From Phoronis australis (Eukaryota; Animalia; Phoronida), in NCBI GenBank assembly GCA_002633005.1, contig NMRA01000002.1, positions 1,274,077-1,338,076 of the forward strand: DNA of 64,000 bases, read 5' to 3'. Below are positions 15,301-27,300 of the stretch, one piece after another. The notes beneath the pieces were generated by a model. It saw only the letters and a list, made by a program, of their open reading frames with translations. It was not told the DNA's origin and made no database searches. A program made the translations under genes and the position numbers. Numbering within the stretch: the stretch's first letter is position 1; each line of letters begins with the position of its first letter.

Positions 15301-18300
15301 CATTGAGTCTGTTTTTCTTCCAGCTTACTCCAGGCTACAACTACACCACCTTCAGCGTTGACAGTTTCCTACACAGCTACATGAGTCTGCAGAAACAAAC
15401 AGAGAACCTCATCAACTATCTCGTCAAAGTATCACAAGGAGGTGTTAACAGCACCAGCATCCTGCCATGGCTAGATGGTCAGAGGTGGTCAGCCATGTTT
15501 AATCGTTTTACGAAGCGTATCATCTCCCAGAATAATGGAACAACGTATGTAACAGTTTCTCATCTTCCTTCACCTTTCTATGTGTTCTGGTGACTGGCCA
15601 TTGTAATACTTGATCACAACTTAGTATACCCTTTCTACTGCTGTTCCTTGTAAGTTAGGCATGTTTGACAGTAAATGACGTCGCAATGTATTGTGGTTTA
15701 GGGAGCATTGAAATTGAGTTTGTGTGACTATCATCCATAGTTTATAAATATTTGATTACCTTTCTTCTCTACAAGTCACTGCTGTTGCTTTCCTCAACTT
15801 AAGTCTGATAGGTGATGTTCAATTTCAGCCAACCTGACTACACTCGTATGATTATTACCTCAATGAAGCCAACGTTGACCACACTGGCCCAACTGCCAGG
15901 AGCACAGTATGCACTTGCCAGGATATCTGATGGTTACCTTTTTGCCACCGAGTTGATGAAGTTGATGCAAGGTAAGGGATGTTTGTGATGGTGATTTGAG
16001 TGCATAAAAGAACAAGATGGTAATTCCTGAAAGTTTGCATTGTGAAGCCAATTGTTTTAGTTAGACCCCTTACTAGGTTTCAATGTATTCCTTACCATTG
16101 TTAGTATCTCAGTATTTGTTGCAGGTGCAAAGGATTTTTTGCTTAGAATTTTGTGCTTCATTAGTTACCAGAGTTATCCTAAATCTACCAGATTGCTGGG
16201 TACTGTATCTAAAAAAATATATTGCTCATTTCCTCTACAGCGACACCTGGTGAAGCCCATTCAATGTTTAACGACACAATGGAACTGAAAAAGTTGATAG
16301 GAATGTTGGACAACTTGCCGGTTTACGTTGAAGACCTCCTCTACATGGCTACTGACCCTGTCAAGGTAGTTAAATAAACTCTTTAATGTTAGGCATTGGA
16401 AGTATATATTAACCTGTGGCCATTGGTGGTACTGTGTACTTTCCAAATGTTTCTTGGTGGGAGTTTGTGCTCTCCAAATGTTTGTTTCATTTATGTTTCC
16501 ACATTGGTGGGCAGACAGGGCCTGGAGTCCTTACTGTTTTCAAGCACACATGTTTGATATGGCATATCATTTCCTTCGTTGTGCCTACCAAGATGTACAA
16601 GTCTTAGCTTTATTGTCATTTCCTCCACTGCCACTATTTTTCAATTTTTCTGAGATGTTTGCTTCATGTCCAGTAAGTACGTCTAGCCATGGTGATGATA
16701 TAGTATTATTGCTATTTTGTAACTATTGAGTGCATTTAGCTGTGTTCTGCACCAGATCTTTTGATCATTTTGAGCAAAGAATTCTATGAATAGTTTGTTG
16801 TTTACACAAGTTGTCATTAACTATGATCTGTTGTGTTTCCAGATGAATGGGTTTATAATTTCATTGATCTCTGGTGAAAACTGGTGTGAAGCAGGCATGA
16901 AGCAGAACTCCAGAGTAATTAGATACCTCTGTACTCACATCAACTTCACAGTTCTTGAACAGGAAGTGATGAGTCATCAAGGAGATCTGCTGGCTCCGTT
17001 GCAGAGAATGGTGAGTTGTCTTATTTGACTGCTGCTGATTGCTTTGTGGAGAGCTTCATTCTTGTAGAAACTGTGTTCAGAATGTGAATGTGTAGAATTA
17101 TCATGGTGAATGTGTTCAGTTGCTCTTACATAGTATATTTTGTATTATATGAATGTTTACACTATGCTTGCATACATCAACAAATTACGCAACCAAATTG
17201 CGTCAATTTTCATTGAGTCTGTCTTTCTTCCAGCTTACTCCAGGCTACAACTACACCACCTTCAGCGTTGACAGTTTCCTGCACAGCTACATGAGTCTGC
17301 AGAAACAAACAGAGAACCTCATCAACTATCTCGTCAAAGTATCACAAGGAGGTGTTAACAGCACCAGCATCCTGCCATGGCTTGATGGTCAGAGGTGGTC
17401 AGCCATGTTTAATCGTTTTACGAAGCATATCATATCCCAGAATAATGGAACAACGTATGTAACAGTTTCTCATCTTCCTTCACCTTTCTATGTGTTCTGG
17501 TGACTGGCCATTGTAATACTTGATCACAACTTAGTATACCCTTTCTACTGCTGTTCATTGTAAGTTAGGCATGTTTGACAGTAAATGACGTCGTAATGTA
17601 TTGTGGTTTAGGGAGCATTGAAATTGAGTTTGTGTGACTATCATCCATAGTTTATAAATATTTGATTACCTTTCTTCTCTACAAGTCACTGCTGTTGCTT
17701 TCCTCAACTTAAGTCTGATAAGTGATGTTCAATTTCAGCCAACCTGACTACACTCGTATGATTATTAACTCAATGAAGCCAACCTTGACCACACTGGCCC
17801 AGCTGCCAGGAGCACAGTATGCACTTGCTAGGATATCTGATGGTTACCTTTTTGCCACAGAGTTGATGAAGTTGATGCAAGGTAGGGGGTGTTTGTGATG
17901 GTGATTTGAGTGCGTAAAAGAACAAGATGGTAATTCCTGAAAGTTTGCATTGTGAAGCCAATTGTTTTAGTTAGACCCCTTACTAGGTTTCAATGTATTC
18001 CTTACCATTGTTAGTATCTCAGTATTTGTTGCAGGTGCAAAGGATTTTTTGCTTAGAATTTTGTGCTTCATTAGTTACCAGAGTTATCCTAAATCTACCA
18101 GGATGTGGGGTACTGTATCTAAAAAAATATATTGCTCGTTTCCTCTACAGCGACACCTGCTGAAGCCCATTCAATTTTTAACGACACAATGGAACTGAAA
18201 AAGTTGATAGGAATGTTGGACAACTTGCCGGTTTACGTTGAAGACCTCCTCTACATGGCTACTGACCCTGTCAAGGTAGTTAAATAAACTCTTTAATGTT

Positions 18301-21300
18301 AGGCATTGGAAGTTTATATTTACCTGTGGCCATTGGTGGTACTGTGTACTTTCCAAATGTTTCTTGGTGGGAGTTTGTACTCTCCAAGTGTTTGTTTCAT
18401 TTATGTTTCCATATTGGTGGGCAGACAGGGCCTGGAGTCCTTACTGTTTTCAAGCACACATGTTTGATATGGCATATCATTTCTTTCGTTGTGCCTACCA
18501 AGATGTACAAGTCTTAGCTTTATTGTCATTTTCTCCACTGCCGCTATTTTTCAATTTTTCTGAGATGTTTGCTTCATGTCCAGTAAGTACGTCTAGCCAT
18601 GGTGATGATATAGTATTATTGCTATTTTGTAACTATTGAGTGCATTTAGCTGTGTTCTACACCAGATCTTTTGATCATTTTGAGCAAAGAATTCTATGAA
18701 TAGTTTGTTGTTTACACAAGTTGTCATTAACTATGATCTGTTGTGTTTCCAGATGAATGGGTTTATAATTTCATTGATCTCTGGTGAAAACTGGTGTGAA
18801 GCAGGCATGAAGCAGAACTCCAGGGTTATTACATACCTCTGTACTCACATCAACTTCACAGTTCTTGAACAGGAAGTGATGAGTCATCAAGGAGATCTGC
18901 TGGCTCCGTTGCAGAGAATGGTGAGTTGTCTTATTTGACTGCTGCTGATCGCTTTGCGGAGAGCTTCATTCTTGTAGAAACTTTGTTCAGAATGTGAATG
19001 TGTAGAATTATCATGGTGAATGTGTACAGTTGCTCTTACATAGTATATTTTGTATTATATGAATGTTTACACTATGCTTGCATACATCAACAAATTACGC
19101 AACCAAATTGCGTCAATTTTCATTGAGTCTGTCTTTCTTCCAGCTTACTCCAGGCTTCAACTACACCACCTTCAGCGTTGACAGTTTCCTACACAGCTAC
19201 ATGAGTCTGCAGAAACAAACAGAGAACCTCATCAACTATCTCATCAAGGTATCCCAAGGAGGCATTAACAGCACCAGCATTCTGCCATGGCTTGATGGTC
19301 AGAAGTGGTCAGCCATGTTTGATCGTTTTACGAAGCATATCATCTCCCAGAATAATGGAACAACGTACGTAACAGTTTCTCATCTTCCTTCACCTTTCTA
19401 TGTGTTCTGATGACTGGCCATTGTAATACTTGATCACAACTTAGCATACCCTTTCTACTGCCGTTATTGTGAGTTAGGCATGTTTGACAGTAAATGACGT
19501 TGTAGTGTATTGTGGTCTTGAGAGCATTGAAGGTGAATGTGTTATCCATAGTCTATAAATATTTGAGTAAATTTCCTCTTTGTAATTCAGTGCTGCTGCT
19601 TTCTTCAGCTTAAGTCTGATGTTTAGTGTTCAATTTCAGCCAACCTGACTACACTCGTATGATTATTACCTCAATGAAGCCAACGTTAACCACACTGGCT
19701 CAGCTGCCAGGAGTACAGCCTGTGCTTGCCAGGATATCTGATGGTTACCTTTTTGCCATTGAGTTGATGAAGATAATGCAAGGTAGGGATTTTATTACTG
19801 GTGATTCAAGTCACAAAAACCAACGGAATGCCTGTCTTGAAGATTTCCAATGTGAAATTTAAAAAAAATTATGTCAGTTACTACTTAAAATTACATTGAG
19901 AATTTGCCTGTCCTAGGTTAGTATCTCATTTTCTGTTGCGGGAGTGAAGAGTACTTCGTATAGGTTTTTTTTACTTCATTTGTTGCCATATTAACGCTAA
20001 ACTCACCAGAGTATGCTTATAGTTTTAATTATTTGCCCTACAGCAACTCCCTCTGATGTCCATTCAATGTTTAATGACACAGTGGAACTGAGAAAGTTGA
20101 TAGGAATGTTGGACAATCTGCCAATTTACGTTGAAGACCTCCTCTACATGGCCACTGACCCTGTCAAGGTAGTTGAATAAACTTTAATTTTTAAATTAGT
20201 CAGTAGACGTTTTTATTTGTAAATGACCCTTGGTAGCACTGTGTACTTTCCAAATGTTCCTTGGTGAAAGTTTGTACTTTCCAAGTGTTTTATTTTGATG
20301 TGCCCACATTGGTGGGCAGACAGGCAACTGAATTCCTCACTGTTTTCAGGCCGGCATATTTTATACGGGGTGTCATTTGTTCTGTTGTGCTTGCTGTGTT
20401 TTAATAGTCTTGAGTTTGCTCCACTGCCACTATATTTTGATATTCTTTTGATGTTAGTTGATGATATCCAGTATGTACGTCTATCTTTGGTGATGATATG
20501 GTATTAGCACCATTTGTTTAGGGCTGTTCCAGTAAAATCCGTGTGGGAGGGGGGGGACAGCAGTAGAAATAAAAATTCATGGGTGGTGGTCTTCAGAAAA
20601 AAAACTCAAATTATGGGTGGTCGTTCCTGTAAGAAGTGATGTATTAAAAATGGGTGGTATTTTTTGATCTGTTAACGTTGACAGGTTGGTTAATTCAGCC
20701 AACACATCTCCAAAGAAATCAAAACTCAAAAAATGCGATTGGCATATATCCCAACTTATCCCAATACAAAAAAGCCCATATTGCCAGTGAACAGAGTGCA
20801 ATATGTTCACTAAGCCATTAATCAAGTCATGGGCAACTTGATTTGAGCCAAGTGCTTGTCTGCAGTCCTATTGAATTGAAAAGCTATGCAACACTAAACT
20901 GGTGTTAACACATATAAGAAAATTGATGATTTTTAAATAAAAAGTATGAGGAGTAAGATAAACAAGTTCCAATATTCACTTGACGTAGAAGTATAAAAGG
21001 GTTTGTGGAGACAGTTTGAGATTCATAGATCCTTATAATTGAAAAAATGTTCATTGAAATTATAGACACCTGGTGAACAGAGACACCTGGTGGCTGCCAA
21101 AAGTATTGTTCACAGGCTACTTTAATTTTTGACAATATTGGACAAGACAACTAGTTCTTGTCTGTCAATCATCTAAGTTCTTAACATGTCCTCCTGGAGG
21201 CAATTTGTTTGCAAGTGTTGGATTTTATATTTTAACCTATTAAAAATAATTAAAAAATTATGGGTCATGGATTGGAGAAATAAATGAAAAATATGGGCGG

Positions 21301-24300
21301 TGGGTACGAAATAAAAGTGCCTTCCCCCCCTCCCATACAGATTTTGCTGGAACAGCCCTTATTGATTTTGTACTTGATTGTTCAGTGCACTTAATTATGT
21401 TTTGTACCAGATGTTTTATCACTTTGATTTTTGAAGACCTCTTATGAATAGTTAGGTGTTTGTTGAGATTGTCATTAACTATGCTCTGTTGTGTTTCCAG
21501 ATGAATGGGTTTATCATTTCATTGATCTCTGGTGAAAACTGGTGTGAAGCAGGCATGAAGCAGAACTCCAGAGTTATTACATACATCTGTACTCACATCA
21601 ACTTCACAGTTCTTGAACAGGAAGTGATGAGTCATCAAGGAGATTTTCTGGCTCCGCTGCAGAGAATGGTGAGTTGTCTTATTTGACTGGTGTTGATCTG
21701 TTTGTGTGAGAGCTTCATTCTTGTAGAAACTGTGTTCAGAATGTGAATGTGTAGACTTATGATGAATGTGTTCAGTTGCTCTAGCTTATCTATCATATTT
21801 TGTATAATCTGAATATTTACACTATGGTTGGGTGCATCAACAAATTAAGCAACCTATTGCATAAAATTTCATCGAGTCTCTCTTCCAGGTTACTCCAGGC
21901 TACAACTACACTGCGTTCAGTGTTGACAGTTTACTGCACAGCTACATGAGTCTGCAGAAACAAACAGAGAACCTCGTTAACTATCTCGTCAAAGTATCTC
22001 AAGGAGGTGTTAACAGCACCAGCATCCTGCCATGGCTTGATGGTCAGAAGTGGTCAGCCATGTTTGACCGTTTCACGAAGCATATCATATCCCAGAATAA
22101 TGGCACAAAGTACGTAATTATTTCTCGTCTAACTTCACCTTTCTATTTGTTTTGATGACTGACCATTGTTAGTTGTGGTCACACTTTGTACTGCCATTCA
22201 TTGCATGTTGGACATGTTTGGCAGTAAATGATGTCATGTTGTATTGATTTCGTAGTTTTTGGATATTGTATTTGTGTGTGTGGCTATTATCTATAGTCAA
22301 TAAATGTTTGAACAACTTTCCTCATGGCAAGTCAGTGCTGCTACTTTCTTCAACCTAATTCTGATAGTTTATGTTCAATTTCAGCCAACCCGACTACACT
22401 CAAATTATCATTACTTCAATGAAGCCAACCTTGACCACACTGGCCCAGCTTCCAGGAGTTCAGCCTGTGCTTGCTAGGATATCTGATGGTTACCTTTTTG
22501 CCACTGAGTTGATGAAGTTGATGCAAGGTAGGGATGTTGGTCCTCATAATTAAAGTGTTTAAAAAGCATCGGAATGCCAATTCTTGAAGGTTTTCATTGT
22601 CTAATTGAAAAAAGTTTAGACTCCTTAAAACTTGAAACTATGCTCCTACTTTCTCCCAAAGTTAGTATATTGATATTTGTTGCAGGGGTAAGTATTCTAA
22701 CCATTTTTGTTATACCGGTAATTCATTTGTAACCATTGTTAACCTAAATATGCCAGGTTATGCTCTACTGCTTTTAAAAAGTTCTTTTCTGTATTTCCCT
22801 GCAGCAACTCCCTCTGAAGTCCATTCAATGTTTAATGACACAGTGGAACTGAGAAAGTTGGTAGGAATGTTGGACAATCTGCCAAGTTACATTGAAGACC
22901 TCCTATATATGGCTTCCGACCCTGTCAAGGTAGTTGGATATGGAGTTGTTAAACCCCATGCACCATATCATAATGCTTGAATTCAGTTATCACTTATTTT
23001 GGTATGGTATTTTAAACATTTCATCTTCAATTTGTATGCTTTTAATCAAAATAAACACAAAAATTAAAGAATTAAAAATTGTTGTGTGACATCAGTGGAT
23101 CCAGTTTCTGTCACTGTGTTCTACACCATGAAAACTAGCGAGTTGCATGTGCGGGGGAAGCCGAAATAGCAATCCGGCACACAATATTTCAGTTTTGCCT
23201 TTCCGAAAAAGCTTTAGATTGCCTAGAAATGGCACAGGTTGGTAGGTCGAACACGGTTATGTCAATATACGGTGGAGCAGAAACGGAGGTTTGATGAAGA
23301 TTTCTCCAACGTGTAAGTGCATTTGAAGGAAAAAAAGTGTATTGTGTTGTGCCGTTACTGGGAACATAGTTGTCAGAAAAATATTGAGTATTAGCCTCAG
23401 CATCAAACTGACTGAGACAATAAGTTTGATTGCAGTAGGCCTAAGTTTCCATCATTTTATTCTTTTCAAGATTTTGTGGTAATGCATGTTATTCACATGT
23501 ACGTCAATGCCCAATAGTAGAAAATGGGATTGTAGATGCCACGCAAATAGTTTGAGGTTATGGCCGAAGCAGGCACAGAGGCTGGAATCGGACACTGGAT
23601 CAAAATAATCGACAAATCTCATCAGTGCAAAGTTTTCATAATTTTGGAAGGGACACGACAGAAACGAGTACCACTTACCAGAAATAAAATCGAGTGAACA
23701 TCTCTATAATTAGATATAATAGTTCCCAACAAAGGTGCTTGGCAATTTCAAAGAATTGAAACCAGTGTATGCTATTGGTGAACAGGCTTTGACAGTCAGT
23801 TAAAACTTTGGTTAGGTTTATAGTTCAAGACACATACTACTTGACACTACAGTGGTTAGAAAATTAAATCATGATTCAATAAAAGGCTTTAATTGCCACT
23901 CCGAAATCAAGACTGACGGCAGACTGAGTAAGCGGGCTCCGAATTGGCTTTGGAGACACCAGTGCGGGAGGATCGAGCTCATAGGGCCTTTAAACACACA
24001 AAGTCTGCTGACATGGCAAGGTCTTAATCGTTACCTGTTTCACCTATTGCCTGAGTGTCATCTTCACCCTCATCTTCATACCTGTTTCACAATACTCGTC
24101 AAGCTTGCTCTCCAAGTCTTTGCATCTTAAAAAATCACTACTATCCAGCATTGTACACATACTGTCAACTGATCAACGTCTTCCACTGATGACATCACGT
24201 GGCGGGAAACCGGCCAAAAATTATTAATTAACTTTTGTTTAAATTATAAAAAATAAGTGATTGTTTACTTAGATTTTGTGTTATAAAAGTATTAAACACG

Positions 24301-27300
24301 GTGTAAAACCTCAAAAATTGGAAATATCCATTGTATGAATGCTTTAAATCTTACTTAGAGGAAAGTGGCGCTCTCGCAATTCTTTTTATTGCTTGGTAGT
24401 GTTTGATATATGCTCGTACTCATAGCAGGTATATGGATTGTATCCTCTGGTTCCAAGTAATCACATTTCACATATTTTACCGGTATGCCAGATGTGATGC
24501 TGCAAGCTACTTTCAAACTTCAAGTGTTATGTTCTACCACTTTTTTTGAATTGGAAGTTTTTGTTATGTTTGTTACTGTTTGTCATGGAAATTTGAAGTA
24601 TTTCCATCTGATTGGGTAATCCTTTTTTGTTTTTGTTTTTTATTTTCCATTTAACTATGTCCTGCACCAAAAATCTGAAGCAAGATTGAATAAAGAAGCC
24701 TGCGAATCAGAGTACAATGTGTTTTTTTGTTCCATTTGCAGTTGAATGGGTTTATTCAGTCGCTGCTCAATGGTGCCACCTGGTGTGAAGCGGGCATGAG
24801 GCAGAATTCTTCTTCCATTTCTTACATCTGTACTCACATCAACTTCACAGTACTTGAACAGGAAGCAATGAGTCATCAAGGAGATCTTCTGGCTCCACTA
24901 CAAAGAATGGTGAGTTGACACGGTTCTCTTGACCTATCTTTTCTCTTCCATGTGTGTAATATACATGTTCCAAAAAGTTTCAAATACTTGGATTACTTTT
25001 GTGTCTTTTGTGTCTCCTAAATTCAATTTGATATGATTTTGACATTGTTGAACCAAGCAGTATTAACTCGTTCCATGCGGCCTTGCTGAATGAGGATTTC
25101 TCCTCTTGTCCTCTGGTGTTGTTTTGAAAATCTACTCTATTAATCTCTTTCTTCTTCCAGCTTTCTCCACACCATAATTACACATTCAACATCGACAGTT
25201 TTCTTCAGACCATTATGACTCTGCAGAAACAAACAGAGAGCCTCATTAATTATCTGGTCAATGTATCACAAGGTGGCGTTAACAGCACCAGCATTCAGCT
25301 CTGGCTTGATAGACAGAAGTGGTCGGCCATGTTTGATCGTTTTACTCAGCACATAATTATGGAATACAACAAAACTAGCAGTGCAGGGTATGTTTGTAAA
25401 TTCATGTTGTTAACACTGTAGATAAAGTGTTAAGAGAGTGTAATATATAGGAATGAAAATTTTCCTCAATTCATGTTCAAAGGATAACTCTTAGAATTCA
25501 GACATAATTTGATATTAGTGTAAACTTGTAGCTGAAGACAAAAACAATAATCATTTAATGCAATATGGCTAATTGTCTGGTGCACCAGTGGGTGAATGTG
25601 AATTCTATATTTCCAGGCTAAATAAGATGATCATGGAGGCAGTCAAAAACAGTATAACGCCATTAGTCAACATTACTGAAGTGAATAATGTCTTGTTCCA
25701 AATGAATGGAATGGTCAAGTTCCTGAACGTTGCTATTGATATGGTCAAGGGTGAGTTCTGCATAATCACAGGGCACTTGTCCCAGTCAATCTTTATCTCG
25801 GTCTTCATCACATGCCTGTCTTCGACTCAATCTGAATCTCACTCTTCGTGACATGTCAGTCTGTGACTCAACCTTTACCTCAGTCTTCATCACTCGTCAG
25901 TCCGACTGTTCTTTGATTTTAACAAATTTGAAATGATTTTTATAGGTAATAACATTTTTAGCTTTATGTGGCTGTAAACTGGCATTCGGTGGAATAAACT
26001 AACTTTATTTGGACTACTAACTGCTATAAAACTTGCTTCAATTTGTTCACTACTCAATGATTTTTGGTCCTACAAAAAACTCGCAGTTCGTTATTGGTCG
26101 AGAATGTACTCGGTGGATAGAATGGCACGACATAACAAGTCAACTTGTGGAGCCTCGTCTTGAGCAATAACAAGCCTAATTTTTCTAAGGAACAATTTGA
26201 GACCAATTTTATATCAGTGAGTCGTCTAAATAAAAAGTTGGATTTTGGGAAAGAAGGTGGGTTTAATAGTTGCTTTAAAGTACAGTGTATGGAAAGTGAT
26301 ATTTTCTCTTTCTCAACATTTATTAAATACTGATTTCATTTCTGGCCAAATTATTACTCATCAGATTCAGTTGGACACATCTCAACTTTAAGCCTACGTC
26401 GGTTTACTTACTGTTGGCAGCAGTCATATGTCTTAATTTTAATCCACAGATCCGCGAGACCCGCTTAAGATGTTTGACTACACGGTGGAGTTCAAGAAAC
26501 TTATAGACCTGTTAGACCAATCTCCTGAGATAGTGGAGGCACTTTTGTATACACTAACTGATCCTTTGAAGGTAAGAACCAGGGACTGCATTTCATTTGC
26601 CTTGCATGCATCTTCGGTAAAATTTTTTCAGTTTGGGCACAGCATGGTGTACAGGTGTAATTTCATCTCGTGAAACTGCTCAACAAAAATAACATAATGT
26701 CAGAAAAATTTACTTTGCTTTTAGCATGGTTTGTATGATGTTGCTATTACCAAACATTTGGTATTAGAAAGGGTTATCGAATACAAGCAAGCAAATATAA
26801 CACACCATGAAGACTTCACTGCCGTGGATGGCTGTCTTCCCCCGAATGTTCAGTTGTGTAGACTGACGCTAGGAGGTGTGCTAACAGCCAGTACCTGGTT
26901 GTATATACAGCACACCTCCTAGTGGCAATCTATGCAACTGATCATTTGGGTAAGGCAGCCATCCATGGCTCTCGAACATCTTAATGGTGAGATATATTTG
27001 CCTACCTGTGTTTGATAACCCTTTCTATTATGGATATTTACCAAGTTCACGAACATTTTTCGTCATTAAAATTAGGTAGTATTTTGAGCATTTGTATTTT
27101 TACGATTTTAGCAATCTTTTTGTCCCAAATTTAATTTGACGGTATTGCAAAATAGCCATTTTGTGATGTAGTGGCAACATAGGCTTTATCAGGTACTCGG
27201 GGTTAGATTATTGTGGTGGGCTGTTGTATAATAAAATGTAATAACAAATGATGTTTTGTCGTGAACAACAGTCATAGGTGAATGTTAAAAAACTAAATAA

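Larger units (their letters stand above)
11930..25387 (+). repeat. Young intragenic tandem array of the 4-exon cassette (modules 5-10; 657 coding nt, 219 aa; core period 1,910 bp)
   Basis: B exons start at 12763, 14933, 16843, 18753, 21501 and 24742; introns of the central copies are nearly identical. Confidence 0.95.

Noticed and set aside
14200-19400. Pure assembly artefact for the 1,910-bp repeats
   Set aside because: Three copies carry distinct substitutions and grade into more diverged neighbours. Exact copy number still needs long reads.
11930-25387. Cluster of separate small paralogous genes (ORFs starting MNGFIISL, MSLQKQ, MFNFSQ)
   Set aside because: Similarity stops at AG/GT boundaries, the ATGs are internal or intronic, and the phases chain into one frame.
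11930-25387. Dscam-style mutually exclusive exon clusters
   Set aside because: Paralogous exons are interleaved as ABCD-ABCD rather than grouped, and consecutive inclusion keeps the frame.
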